A stretch of 64,000 bases of DNA, taken from positions 62,001-126,000 of the forward strand of contig JAPMXV010000061.1 of NCBI GenBank assembly GCA_026936335.1, in the 5' to 3' direction. This document shows, in pieces, positions 27,199-41,185 of the stretch. The stretch comes from Mantamonas sphyraenae STR306 (taxonomy: Eukaryota > Protista > CRuMs). The position numbers and the translations under genes are program-made. The stretch's first letter is position 1. Each line of letters begins with the position of its first letter. Below the pieces are notes generated by a model. The model did not search any database. It was not told where the DNA came from and saw nothing but the letters and a program-made list of their open reading frames with translations.

Positions 27199-27363
27199 CT
27201 CGCCCCAAATACCCAGTAAACATATTCCATCATGCCTCCCACATCCCATCCAACCTCGAACCCCACCACACCCATTCTCTTTGCTTTCCATCCCATGCAC
27301 GCCTGTGCGACCAAACACAAAGAAAGGGCAACCGCAGCCACCCTCCCAGACCGCACGTCCCCC

Positions 27364-30300
27364 ATGCAATACGTGCGCCAGCGTTGGGCTGCCCATCGTA
27401 CATACAAACGAGTCCGCCGGCTATGGGAGGAATACAAGGACGCCGCAGAACTCTCGTACGTGCCCCTGCGACCCAAATCCTCGAGTCCGCCAGCCCAGCG
27501 CCCAACACACCCCCCCCCCGAACTGACCTCCCGTCCAACCACGCCCCACCCACCCATCCCTGGCGTACCCGCATCCTCATCACCCTCCCCACAGCGAGAC
27601 CGACAGCAGGGTCGCCCTCGAGAAGCTCAACTCGTTCCTCGACAGCTTCCAAAGCGCCTACAGCGAGCTCCAGCTCGAAAGCGAACTCCAGCTCGACAAG
27701 TTCTACGGCGACTGTACAGACATCCTCGTTGGCCTCTTGGACATTGTCGACAGGTATGTCCTTGTCTCGCCACGCCCCCGTATACCCTTTCCCTTGCCCA
27801 TTTTGGCTCTCGTGGAATCCCGCACCTTTGCAGCATGCGAGCCACTCCTCCTCTCACACCCACCATGCACACACGTCGCCCCTCGCCCCGCCACCCGGAC
27901 GCCTCTGCTCTCTCTCCTCCAGGACACAAATGGCAGACGCTTCCAGCAAAACAGACGACGGTATCGTCTTTCTCGGCGAGGTCGTGAACAAATGCCTGCG
28001 CGTCGCAGAGCTCCTTCTCAAAGACGACAAGTACCGCGTCCTCGTCAAGGACACTCCTGACCTCATTGCACGCATCCTCTCTCTCCTCGACACACTCGAC
28101 ACCCCAGAACTAAAGTCACAGACCCTACGCGTCATCACCAACCTCGGCGAGCTCGAGGACAACAAACTCGAAATTGGTCGGTGAACACCCGCCAGAACGG
28201 CCCCCAATGGCCCCTTTCTCCGCCCCCGCACGCTCACACCCTCCCACGACCCGCCCTCCCGCCCTCCCACTTCCCTCTCCCGTCGTACACACAGGCCGCC
28301 TCGAGGGCTTCCGCAAGATGTTCCGTCTCCTCCTCGAAGGCGACGAAGAGCTCAAGCGCGAAATTCTGCGCACCTTGCAGCACTTTCTTGTCCTCAACAC
28401 GCCCCAGCCCCTCAACGCTGCCATCCGAGAGGTCAACCAGGAGCGCAAAGACCTTGAGGCCAGCGAAGACGTCGTCTCATCCATCACAGGCATCTCAGGT
28501 CCGTTCCGCTTTCGCTCCACCCCTGACGTCACGCCACCTCCTGCGACTCTTTTGTCCGCTCACGCCACGTGTCCACTCCAACCACACACACACACACACA
28601 CACACAGAGGTCGTACGTTCCAAGATCACAGATGTCTTTTCCGACGTTTCGGGCGTCATGCTCAACGAACTCCAGCGTGTGTTTCCTGCGGCCGCCGAGC
28701 ACGACGACGACGAATACTGGTGGGACGCTCAGCCCACCATCTCCGACACATCCTCATTTGCTTTTGCCTCTTCCGCATCATCCTCCTCATCCTCATCATC
28801 CTCCTCCTCATCCTCTTCCTCTTCCTCTACTTCCTCATCATCCTCTCTGGCTTCCTCTACCTCCTACACAGCCTCCACCGACGGTCCCCTCTCGTTTCCT
28901 CCTTCCAGTGTTTCCATCCAAGAGAGCCTCCTCGCCATCGACGCACGCGAACGCAAACAGTTTGCCAACGACGACGAGGACGAGGACGACACCGAATCGT
29001 CCGCAACAACCAGCACAACAGACGCCGCAGACTCGGACAGTGGCACCGGAAGCGACAGGGACGACCAAGAACAGCAAGACTCTGACGATGCACATAGCGA
29101 AGGCAGCAGCGCAGGTGATGCCAACAGCAGCGAAGAGGGCGACGGAAGCCCAAAGCCAATCTCAACTTCGCCCACAAAGACCAAGAAAACACGCCGCCGC
29201 AGCAGCAACGACAATAAGCCAAAGAAGCAACCCAACGTCGTTGCAGAGTTTATGCGTGTCCAGGGTGCCCTGCGCACACTCACCACAACCCTCAAGGAAG
29301 CCGCTCTCGTTGTACAGCTCGATCTCGTCGACACCATCTCACACCTTTTGTTTTCCAACGAGGGTTACCAGGAGGAGTTCCGCCGCATGAAGGGCTACTC
29401 CTTCTTCCTGCGCGTCTTTGACCGCGTCGTGGATCCCTCAAACAACGAGGCCCAGGCCCTCATCGACCACAGCTTCAACCTGTTTTTCACCATTGCCCTC
29501 GACGGCAACAAGAACCGCACCATCGGCAACCTCGACGTCCTTATCCTTCTCTTCCAGGTCATCCAGTACAGCAACAACCTCGACGTACGCACCCAGGCTC
29601 TCCGTTGCATCCGCGACCTCGTCGCCGTCAACCCGGCCAACGTCACCGCCATCAAGTATGTAGGTGGCATCCAAGTTCTTGTGTCATTGCTCTCTCGCAG
29701 CGGCCAGTCTTTGCCCCTGCCTGCCATGGACGGCGACGACCACGACGCCGACGACGACGGGCACACCTCCCGCCGAGAGTCTCCCGTCACCATGCAGTTC
29801 CTCCTCGAGGTGGTCCGCTTTGTCGAGTACTGTGCCGTGCTGCTCTCCAACCACGACAGCGACGCCCTCCTCGAGTTTGCCGAGCTCCTGGACGCCCAGA
29901 ACGATTGGAACTTTTCAAAGTTCAACACCGCCCGCTTGCGCCACGAGACCCCGTGGAAGGGCCTACCTGAGATCGCACAGTCACTGCCCAACAACACCCC
30001 AGCCTACGAAAAGGACCTTGGGCCGCACGTCAAGTTCCTCGTCCTCGCCTCCATGGCAAACATCATGGCAGACGCCGCCTCCCGCAACGCACCCATCTCC
30101 CGCTCTCGTGACATTGTGCGCTTCCTTGTCGATCAGATCGAAGAGTGGAACAGGCTCGTCAGCGCCATGCCCGGTGACGCTGTGCCCTCGCCTCTCTCGG
30201 TGGCCACGCACACCGCCGCCCCACCCACCGACCCCCCGCAGCTGCACACTGCATCCGCTTCTGCCTCTGCCTCTGCCGCAGACAACTCCAGCCCCAACGA

Positions 30301-33300
30301 CCCTTCGCCGACCACAGGCTACCTCAAGGCTGCGCGCAGGCTCCTCAGCGAGGACGATCTCGAACCGCTCGAAGTGCCCAGAACTTCCGAGCATCAGGCC
30401 CAGCTCCAAGAGCAGGAGCAGGACTTTGTACAGGAGACTCCGTTTGGCGGCGTCTCGGACACCACAAATCTTCTCGAGCAAATCATTTCAGCCATGGAAA
30501 TCCTCGCCCTCATGCTCAAGGGCATCCCTGCGTGTCGCTCGGTGTTTTACGCTCGCCGCGGCTACGAGCTCCTCGCTGACCAGGTGTACTTCTACCACAT
30601 GTCCTGCGCAGAAATTGCCTACTTTGCTCTCTGGATGATGAAGGATCTCGCTGTGCAGGACGCCTGCTCAAACGACAACATCAAATGGTTCTCCTTGCTC
30701 CTTGCCAGCGACCGCATCGGCGACGAGACCAAGGCAGTTTGTGTGCCGTGCTCTCCTCCTCGTCCTCCAGCAGGTTGGTGTTGCCAAAACCCACCTGCGC
30801 GACACAGGCGGTCTCCTAACCTTGGTGAATCTGATGGCCCAGGAACGGGACCCGCTCCTGGCCGAGTTTGCCACGGCCACTCTGTACGAAGCTGTGCTGC
30901 ATAACAACGACAACAAGCTGTGTCTTGCCACACATCTCTCGTTCCAGGGCTTTGCCAATGCTCTCCTCGAGGTCCCCTGTGCCAACCGCGGCTCCCTCCT
31001 CCTCCTTCTCACCGAGGTGGCTTGTGTCGGTTCACTGCCAGACAGCCTGCGCGCTGCACACATGGCCGATCCCAGCCGCGCCACCGAGGCAGCCGGCGAG
31101 ACGTGGCTGCTCCACCCGGACATCCATCACATTTTCAGCAGCGTGGTTCCAGAAGCCCCACAGGCCTTTTTCAACCTCTCCGATGCCATCACACAGACCC
31201 AGTCGCCGCAGGCGTTGTACTCCGAACCCATCCCATCGTCCCGCGACGCGGCCAAGTTCCTCTCTCTTGACTACAGTGATGCAAAGAGCAACTCGGGAGC
31301 AGACGCAGACACTGTGGCCTCTGCACGATCGCGCCACTCCAGTAGCAACGCTAGTCTGGACGGCCACGAAGATGCAGACGTCTCGGACGTCAAATCCATG
31401 CTGTCCAGCGGCTCGGGACGCGATTCGCCTCCTGCATCGGGGACGAGCAGCGGCAACGGAGGCAGCACCGGCAAGCCAGCCGTAATCATCAGCAGCAGCA
31501 CGACCGAAGCAATCGCCCCTGTGGCAGGCGCCGCAGCACTCATGAGTGGTGTGGCCAAGGATGGCCAGGCAGAGGACAGTTTGGTGGTGGAAATCAGCGG
31601 CGACCATTCAAGCATTCCTTCGGACCACGCCGCGGCGGCGGCAGCTGCCACAGCGGCGGCTGTTGAGGCCGAACGTGCCTCCAAGGTGCGCCAGGGGATC
31701 TTCCATACAGACAGTGCACGTGTGGAGCTCAGCAAACAACTGACCGGTGTCACTCTGCGCAGCGCAGAAAGCGCGTACGCAGTGCTGTCCTTCATGGAGG
31801 CGTGCGACGCAGCCACGTGCAAAGACGCATTGTGGATCCTTCGTGTGCTGCTACAGCTGGACGCTTGCAACTGCCGCGCGCTGGCAAACGCAAAGTGCGT
31901 GCGATGGCTCGTGGAGCACACACGGCACGCAGACTACCAACTGCGCCACGATTACATCAGTCTCCTTATTCTCGTCGCCTCGTACGACATGTCGCCTGCT
32001 CTGGCAGACCTTCTTTTCCGCCTGGTCTCCATCGGCGACGACGACACCTTTCCCGCCTTCCAGGGCTCGGCCAGCTACCAGCAACGCAAACGCAGGAACA
32101 AGAGCTCGAGCAGCACCACGCCTCGCTCCCACTCGTCGCTTAGCAACAATACGCCCACAGACGGTGACACCACCGACACAGATGCAGATACCGATGGCGA
32201 CGGCGATGATGACGCAGGCAGCGCTACAAGCGGCACCACGGGTGAATCCTGGAGCTCAGCAGGCCGCCAGCAGAGCCAAGATGGAGTGCACACAGACGAT
32301 GGCGACGAGCACCAACGTGAGGAAGACGATGACGATGACGACGACGACGATGATGACGAGTGGCAGGAAGCATCCACATTCGACGCCGAGCTGCAGGTGC
32401 AGATGCTCAGCGTGATTGGTGCGGTGACGGAAACCCTTGCTCCGCGTGCCTACTTTTCGTTTGACGGCAGGCGCGGCGCCCTTCGGTTGGCTCCGTTGGA
32501 AAAGTTCCCGGCAAGCAAGACAGGTTTCACACTGGCTCTGTGGGTGCAAATGGGCTCGTTTGTGGAAGAAGCCGGATGCGGCCTTTTTACATTGCGCGAC
32601 GCAAACGACAAGTTGCTTGCGTCAGTGTGCCTCGCTGGCAAACAACTTGTTACAGGCAGCAAGCGGCAGCTGTTCTTGGTCATCCATGGCGACGAAGAGA
32701 TGGAGGAGGAGTCTGGATCACATGCCAGTGGCAACAACAACGCCAACGATGGCGTGCGTGTCGAGTTTGGCGAGTATTCGTTCGACAGGCACGGTGGGTG
32801 GCATCATATGTGTTTTCGCACAAACGAGACTCGGTGAGTATGCACGTGGACGGGCGGTTGGCAGGCAAGCACACAGGGGTGCCGTACCCTGTATCCCGCA
32901 CTGTCACGCGCACAAACTCACTGCACTGCACGCTGGGCGGTGGTGTGCAAGGCCGTACCATGAACCTGCCTCCGTTTGGAGGTAATGTGGGCAGCCTGTA
33001 CGTCACCGAAGGCGTGTGGAGTGAGGAGGCACGACAGGCTGTGCACGCGCACGGTCCCTCGTTTGAAGGCAAGCTGAAGAGCATCGGTGTGGAGAACCGT
33101 GTGACTGCAGAGTGTCTGCCACGCGACTATAAGGATGTGATGGAGGCGCTCGTACACAACGAACGCGTGCGTAGTGGCCTGTTGACCAACGAGCAGATCG
33201 GCGTGACACCCGAGGTATTCCAGCTGCGTGCAGCCACGCTCAACGTGCTCACAGATCTCATTACAGGCGCCCCCACGGGAACGACCGACACGGATGACGC

Positions 33301-35612
33301 ACAGTCGCCTGCAGCCGACGTGGATGACTCTTCGGAAGTGCACGACACGGTCGTTTCCGATGAAAACGCATCGCACACACAAGACCACGACGATGATGAA
33401 CGCGCAGCACCAACCGACACGCCTGCGGCTTCCACAGCCACGGACGATGCACGTGGTGACGAGACGGCACAGCAAGCCTCTCAGAACGTCGAGGCTGTCG
33501 ATGAGGTTGCAGACGTTGCTGACATGCCGGTCACGCCGCTGAAGCTGGTGGATTCGCCGCTGCCGTCACTGGCAACGATTGCAGAAAGCATGCAGACACC
33601 TGGAAACACAAGCACGACCGCCGGTGTTGTGGGGCTTCTGTCTGGATCGGTGGCACAGCCTGTCGAGGTGCCGGAACTGGGTGTGATGATCCCTGCTGGG
33701 AACCCGCGTGTGCTGCAAATCGTGCACAAGGCCTTGCAGCAGACACTGGCTAGCCAGCAAAGTCTGGAGCAGCTGAGCGGCGACGAAGACCTGGCCGACA
33801 TGGCAGATGCCGCCGTGGCGCGTGCCACGCGACAAAAGACAAGCAGCATGTGGGCAAGCCAATCCACAGCGCTGAGCCTGGCAGCCACCACGTCGTCCTC
33901 ATCCATGTCCGTGCTGTTGGGCGAGCCAGGCAGCAATGCTTCTTCGACACAGTCGTCGCCGCGTGGCAGCCTGACTGCAGACCAGCCGCAGCCCAGCCCA
34001 GCAAGCGAGAGCGACGAGCACCCGCAGACAAGTGTCGGCAGCGAGACAGCGTTGATCAATCCGGATGAGTTGGCGGCAGAACAGTCGCGTTTCTTCGGCG
34101 AACATCCACGCTTGATGCCCGTGGACGACGTGATGCGAGCAGGCAAGGGCGAGTGGAGCGATGAGGGCTTCTCTGTGCACGTGCGCAGACTGACTCAGGA
34201 CCACGTGGACACAGTGGGAGTGTTTCACGTGTGCCTTACTCTCCTGGGCCGTGGTAAAGGCCACACCGTGGCCGGGCTGCGCATTGTGGCAAACCTGATT
34301 GCACGCAACCCAATCATGCAGCAGCGGTTCGAGGAAATGCACGGATGGGACACCATCCTGTACGTGCTGTCTGCCAAGGTGCACCTGCTTTCCCTGGAAG
34401 TGTTTGACGTCCTCTTTGAGATGCTGATTGACGGCGAGTCGGAGCGTGGCGAACCGACCATCAAGAACATGAACGTTCTGCGTGTGGTGCTGGAGCTGCT
34501 CACACAGTGTCCGCAGGTTTCACTGCAGACACATGTGCTGGAGTATGTCGTGGGCCTCCTCTCGGGCAACGAGGCAAACCTTGCCTTGTGGCGCGGCAAG
34601 GATGGCCCCGGCGTGCTGGGCATCCTCGATCTGATGACTGTGCTCACGCCCAAGCTGCACATCCAACTGCGCAAGTTGCTGCGCCTGTTTTACTCGCGTG
34701 ACTTCCGCCTGGATGAGGCCGAGGTGCTGCTCAACTTTCTCGTGGCCGACCGCAACATGTACCTTGTCATCAAGCACACGGTGTTGCAGTCCATTGTGGA
34801 GCGCATGAGCAACGTGCACGTGCGCACCGTGCAGCTTGCTGACCACATCCGCAGCTGTGGCGGCTGCCTCATCCTGTTTGAATTGCTCGACTCGCCACGC
34901 GAGGGCATCCGCGTGTGTGCGCTGCAGCTGTTGGGCCTGCTCCTCGACGCAAACCCAAAGAACAAAACTGCCTTTAACAAGCTGGGCGGTTTTGACACCG
35001 TGTCGGCCGTGCTGTGCCAGTATCCGCTCACCAGTGAGATCAGCGGCACGCTGCTCCAGCTGGCCGTCAACGCTTACCACATGGCTGACGCCAGCGCCAT
35101 CCGTCTGGATGTGAGCCAAGCTGGAGCCAGCTCATCTCGTGGCGCAAAGAGCAGCAGCACAGACGACGACGACGCCACTGGATCCAGCCCATCCAAACGT
35201 TTGGCCTCTGCAGACAGTGAGGATGGCGAGCAGGCATCGGGCAATGCACAGGACTCTTTGGAAGGCGCCAAAGGCAAGGCTGTGTCCACGACGAGCAGCA
35301 GCAGCAGCAGCAGCAGTGGTGGAGGTGGTGGTGGAGGAGGGGAAATGCGGCGTGTGCCATCCGTGGTGCGTCTGCAAGAGAAAGCGATGCCATTCTTGCG
35401 CCCACGTCGAGCAGCGACAGTGAGAGTGGCCGATCTGTGATTGTGTATGCGGATGCCATCGGAGTGATCTTTGATTTGCTGAAGCAGCCTGGTGCGGTGC
35501 GTGCGGATGCCTCGGGAGGCCTAGGGCCCAGCAAGAGCAGCGGAAGCGTGGGAAGCAGTGGCAGCGGAGGCAGCGATAGCCAACGTGAAGCAAGCAGCAG
35601 CAGTAGCAGTGA

Positions 35613-35652
<40 letters not shown>

Positions 35653-37156
35653 GCTGGAGCTGGCACCGTGATGGGCGACTTTTCCGTGCACACGCGTGTG
35701 CTTGTGGAGCTCCAACACCTGCTGCAGTTGGAGGAGAACCGCACAACCATGTGGGACAACGACTGGTTGGAGTGGATGTGGTCGTTTGTGGCGGTAGTGC
35801 ACGAGCGTGACGAGCACAACGACGTGGAGTTTGTCAAGCAGACGCATGCTCTGTTCCGGCACATGTTGCTGTGCGAGCTGAGCAAAAAGAGCTCGCAATC
35901 GCGACTGGTGAAGTTGCGCGAGATGGTGGACGCGGACGTGCTGCACATCATGGCCATCGAGCTTGTGTGTGCACACTTTAGCGAGCGAGCCCACCTTTCG
36001 GAGAAGCGTGGCGGCGACATTGTGCGCAATCTCGTGCAGCTGTTCAAGAACGTGGAGGACATCCACAACCTGCCGTGGTCAGTGGGCTTTATCATTGCCG
36101 ATTGCATCAACGCCCTGGCGGTGAACAACACAGGCGCCATCCGAGCCGATCTGAAGAATGCCGGTCTGTTGGATTTGCGTGACCAGGTGGTGGTGCAGCT
36201 CCTGCGACTGGTCATGACGCAGGAGGCGCCCGTGGAGATTGTGCGCGACTTTGCATTTGACTCGATTGCGGAGCAGAGCAAGTTTCGCGACGCGGACGGC
36301 CTTCTGTTCTTGCTTTCGCTGGCGCACGAGGAGCACGTGGACGTCGACTCGCAGTTTCTGCTGTGGGACGTCATCTGCAACGTGTTTGCTCCGATCGAAG
36401 AGAACCGCAAGACGCTGCAGCGGTACGTAGACAACGAACAGGTGCTGTCAAGGTTGCCGCATGGCCAGGAGGACGACGCCGTGCTGGAGTTTCTCGAGTG
36501 GTACGACAGCGACGACGGGAGTGCACATCAGCAGAGCGTGCGAGCACGCATCCAGAAGCTGATGTCGCCCATCATTGTGTCGTGGGCAAAGTACCAGGAA
36601 AAGTCGAGCAACAAAAAGACCAAGCGGCTCAAGTCGCGGCTGACTGCGCTGAACAAGGCCGCGCACGCACGGGAGGGCCGTGTGGGCGACTGGCAGGCCA
36701 AGCGCAAGGTGTTTATTGCAAAGGCGCAAAAGGTGGTGCTGGAGACGGAAGAGGCAATGGTGAAGCTGCTGAAGAGCAAGTATGTGAACGGCGAAGAGGG
36801 CTGGGCGATGGTGCGACGCGAGCAGTTTGCTTCCATGGCGCGTGTGGTGACCCGCATGTATACACTGGGCATCGCACGTAGCGTGAGTGTGGAGGAGGAC
36901 CTTCGCAGCTGCAGCCATGATCGAGGCACACGTGGACACGGGCGAGGACGAACTGGGCTCGGCCTGGGTCGAAGTGCGACGCGAGGATCTATTGCACGAG
37001 GCGGGCGGCAAGGCCAGCGAGGCTGAGGGACGTCTCAGCTGGGAGAAGCACGACCCATACTTGCAAGAGAGGGCCTACTGTGTGGCATGCTCCCAACGCT
37101 TTGCCAGCCCCACCGACAGGATCTTCCACTTGTTTTTGGACCATGCCGAGGAGTGA
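27364..37156 (+). CDS. Very large ARM/HEAT + ConA(LamG) protein resembling the N-terminal part of neurobeachin/LRBA/ALFY; no PH-BEACH-WD40 seen; C-terminal C2H2-like motif
   Basis: Introns 27456-27594, 27754-27922, 28177-28294 and 28499-28607. NQ/EEFRRMKGY-type ARM, PRAYFSFDG...KFPASKTGFTLALWV...WHHMCFSH...MHVDG (ConA), NPIMQQRFEEMHGW, NKTAFNKLGGF. Apparent indels near 30733, 32815, 35380 and 36904. Ends YCVACSQRFASPTDRIFHLFLDH. Confidence 0.7.
35292..35650 (+). repeat. Trinucleotide (AGC/GCT) coding repeats giving poly-Ser, poly-Gly and poly-Ala tracts
   Basis: agcagcagc... at 35293-35316 and gctgctgct... at 35617-35649. Confidence 0.85.
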
Positions 37157-37204
37157 GGCGTCATTGCAGCACTTGAAATGTGCATTCCTGTCCGTCCATG
37201 TTGT

Positions 37205-38092
37205 TCATTGGGGGTTTGATGATCCAGTGTCTGTTTCGCGGCGTTTCCGCCTCCTCTTGGTTCTGTGGGCGTTTGTGACGGTGTCTTGGATAGCTGCGAC
37301 CGCAGTTTGCGACAACGGAGCGCTGAGCGGGGTTGAGAGAAGGGCGCCCGGGGAGGAGGTGGAGGAGGATGAAGATGAAGAAGATGACGATGATGTGCGT
37401 GCAACAATGCCCGAGGTATCCACAAGGAGAGCGTCGTCGTCGTCGTCGTTGTCGTCGTTGTCGTCGTCGCTCAGTTCCTGGGCACGTTCCTGATCCGCTT
37501 TCCCGCCCTCTGTGTCCATCATCTCGGCCATTGTGCGTTTGCGCGACGGTGTCGCCTGTAGCATTGTGTGCACCTGTGCCAGCAGTTGCTTTTCCATTTC
37601 CATACTGAAGGTGTGCAATGAACGGGGTGAGCGGCTCGCGCACATAAACAAACAACAAACGGGTGCCAAGCACGCTGGGGCAACCTACACGGTGGTCTTG
37701 CGACGCAAGAGGGCGTCGCTGTGATCGCCTTCGGAACGCAGCTCGGCGATGAAACAGTTGTTGCTGTGAATCTGATCAGAGAGCTGTTCTGCAAGGCGGC
37801 CAAGTTTGGCGCGGGCAGCCTGGAGCGCGTGAGTGAGCTGCAAAAGTCGGCGTTGGAGTCGAAAGAGTTTTTGGGCCATGCAAGGGATGAGAGTGGCCAG
37901 TTGGGGCGCCTGTGACGCAGCAGCCTGATGGAGCATGGACAGGGCGTGTTGGAGCAGAGCGACATGTTTGGCAACACTCTGGAGCTCGGTGCCATGGCTG
38001 TGTACGGCGTTGCACCACAGCACACATTGTACGGCGCAGCGAGCCTCAGCGGGATTACGCAGATGAGTCAACAGGCCAGGTGGGAGCTGCAT
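37205..38092 (-). CDS. Hypothetical protein, coiled-coil N-half and disordered C-half with NLS-like basic clusters
   Basis: ORF 38092-37689 joined in frame by intron 37688-37605 (GTAGGT...TTCAG) to MEMEKQLL...TPSRKR...KRRRKRR. Confidence 0.5.
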
Positions 38093-38244
38093 GGCTGGGA
38101 GGTCAGGGTTGGTGCGTCGTCGCAGCCAAACCCACGGCCTGCTCTTCTGTGACCTGCATTGTCCACATCATCCACACACACACACACACACACACATACT
38201 ACATACACACACGTGCGGCAGCATCCAGAAGAGACAAGGAGAAG

Positions 38245-41168
38245 ATGAGCACACGGGTGAACGAGCGCTTCTTTGGCTTGTTGAGTGACGACGAAGATGA
38301 CGACCAAGGCAGCACGGGACACGGAGACAGCAGCAGCGGCGAGCCAAGCCGAGGCGAGGAGAGCCATAGCACGACGAACAAGGTCGGGTCAACAAGTGGC
38401 GACGGCGCGAGCAAACACAGAGTGACGCGAGGACCGGGAGGCAAGACACGGATTGTGCGCAACGGCAAAGCTGAAAAGGCGCGCTCAGGGACGACGGACG
38501 GCAGCAGCAAGAGCGGAGACGCCGGCAAAGCAGGCGGATCGGATGGAACACACAGTTCAAGTGGGCAGGGGAAAACGGGAGGCAGTGGGAATCGCAAGGC
38601 CACAAGCAGCAGGAGCAAGGGCAAACGCACAGGCAATGGAGGCGTAAGCGGAGGCGCGGTTCAGCCGTCGGATTTCAAGACGGCGTACCTGGAAGCATGT
38701 GCGCAGCGTGGCAACCAGAGACCCAACACATCGGTGATGCGGAATCTGGCACAGGGATTCATCGATGCCAATGTGGATTTGATGACGGTGAGCCATTGGG
38801 CGCCCGTGTTTGGGGCGTTGGCCAAAAACACGTCGCTGAACGGGGTGCGCTTCCAGTCGTCGCATGCAGACAGCTACGTGGAGGTGGCGGGTCCTCCTTC
38901 ACGTCTTCTCCAGCCTGGAGCGGCGTCGACGTGGAACTACACGGTGCGTGTGGCCAAGGGAGAGCACGGCGAAGACGGAGAAGAGGAGGTGGTGGACGCC
39001 CTGGAAGACGCCAGTGGCACACGGGAGGTGGTCAAACAGAGCGCAAGTGCAGGCTTCTTCATTGGACAGCTTCAGGCGCAGCGCAAGGCTGTCAAGGCAG
39101 CCAAGCCGTTTGACGAGGCGAAAAAGAACGAGGTGTTGGCACACAGTGCGTTCAAGGCGGACCCGGACCTGTTTGCAGGCTCGACGTCGGCAGGCATTGA
39201 GTTGCACCCGTTGGATCGGAGCAAGAACAAACGTGTGTCGGCCAAACACCAGCGACACCAGTTGGAAGACAAGCAGCCGGTGGTGTTTGAGTCTGCCCAC
39301 TTGCGTCGCCTGACACGCTCGCTGGCAGGCTGTCTGCGTGTGAGCCAGAAACTCAGTGCCCTCGAACTCGTGGGCATTCCCATGAGTGTGGACGCGTGCA
39401 AACAGCTGGGCCGCGGGTTGGCTGACAACCAATCGCTGGCAGTGTTGTGTCTCAACACGGTGGCCTGCGGCGACGACGGCTTTGCAGCCATTGTGGCGGC
39501 CCTGAGGAGCACGCAGGTGGAAACCCTGTATGCGGTGAATTGCAAGCTGACCGACAAGGCGGTGGGGGCGCTGGCGACCTTTTTGCGCGAGCGAGCGGTT
39601 ACCTCGCAGTACGACCTGTGGAAGGAGCAGCTGCGCGAGCCCTTCCAGAAGGAACAGAACCTGAGCATGGTGATGAAGCAGAAGCAGCGTTCCCTCAGCT
39701 GTGTCGATCTGTCGTTCAACAGCCTGAGCGATCGCAGTGCGGACGAGCTCGGCTACGCCCTGAAAACCGACTTTCTGCTGCGCGAGATGGACCTGTCGCA
39801 CAATTTCATCACCAACACAGGCTGTGCATACCTGCAGGAGGCCATGGTGGACAACACCTCGGTGGCATTCTTGGACCTGAGTCACAATCCCATCGACCGT
39901 GAGTCATGCGCTCCTATCCTGGCCTACCTCGCACGCAACCAAAAGTTGCTGGCCAAAGTCGACCCAGTGTACGCCAAGGAACTGCGTGCCATGCAGGACC
40001 TAGAAAACAGCCTGCTGACGGACCATGAGGCCCTGGAGGCCAGTGCAGTCAGTGCCGAGGAGATGCTGGACGAATCGTGGGACGTCGATGGTCAAGGCAT
40101 GGTCCACGCGGAGAGCGAGTGGGCGGGTGCAAGCAGCAGCAGCAGCAGCAGAAGCAACGGCAACGGCAACAGTGGTGCCGGTGCAACGAGGAAAGACACG
40201 GAACGAGGAGGACGCAGGAAGAGTGGCGGACCAGCGGGATCGGACACCACAGCACGCTGACGGCACGACGCAAGTGGATGGAAGACCAACGACGCAAAGA
40301 GGAGAAGGAGGCACGGCGGAACAAGAGGAAGCAGAAACATGAGGGCAAGAGCGGCAAGGGCAAAGACAAGAAGGGAGCCAAGGCGAGCGGCACGGCGCGC
40401 AAGAAGCGATCCGGGACCGGTGGTGGACAGCACCACGACACATCGCCGCTGAGTGGCAAGGAAAGACTGGCGGGTTTGTTGTCGTTGGACGGGTCGAACC
40501 AGGGAAAGCGAAAGAGCAGCGGGAAGAAGCGGCAGCAGCAGCAGCAGGGGCGAGGACGGGACCGGACGCAGGCATGGGCAGAGGAACAGGAGCAGGAGGC
40601 GGTGGCACGGTTGTCTTTGAGTGACCTGGGCGACGGGGATGTGGTGGCGAACGGCGAGGTGATGGAGGAGCTGCTGACGTTGTCGACGGCTCTTGCGGAG
40701 CAGCACAAGGCGAGCGAGGCGCAGCACAAGCAGTACTACGACGAAGTGGCGCAGGAGTTTGAGCAAGTGTTGGAAGAGGTGCGTGAACTGGAGGCAGCAC
40801 ACGTGGAGGAGGCCATGGAACGGGTGCGCGCAGAGACAAAAGCCAAGGCTTTGGAGATGGAAAACGAACGGCTGCGGAAGGAGAACGAGGCGCAGCGAGA
40901 AGAGTTGGAACAGCTGCGGCGTCAGCTGCGGATGTCAAAGAGGCACGGAGAGGAGACGGAGGCACAGGAGGAACGCGGCAGCAGCAGCAGCAACACCACG
41001 GCGACCACGAGCAGAGTGGCAAGCGACCACGTGCACATCGATGGGGCAGGGACGCCATTGAAGGAGGATGAACAGGTGCTGCACGTGGTGGAGCAGATGG
41101 AGAGCCATTTGGAGCGTTTGGACCGGATGATGGCAAAGGTGGAGAGAGAACGCGATTGGACCCATTAA
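38245..41168 (+). CDS. CEP78: Centrosomal protein CEP78-like LRR protein with C-terminal coiled coil
   Basis: DFKTAYLEAC...IDANVD...WAPVFGALAKN, LAGCLRVSQKLSALELVG, LRRs and WKEQLR match the CEP78 pattern; a frameshift in ~40140-40260 joins the coiled-coil ORF 40077-41168. Confidence 0.8.
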
Positions 41169-41185
41169 AATTTTGGTGCTGCGTC

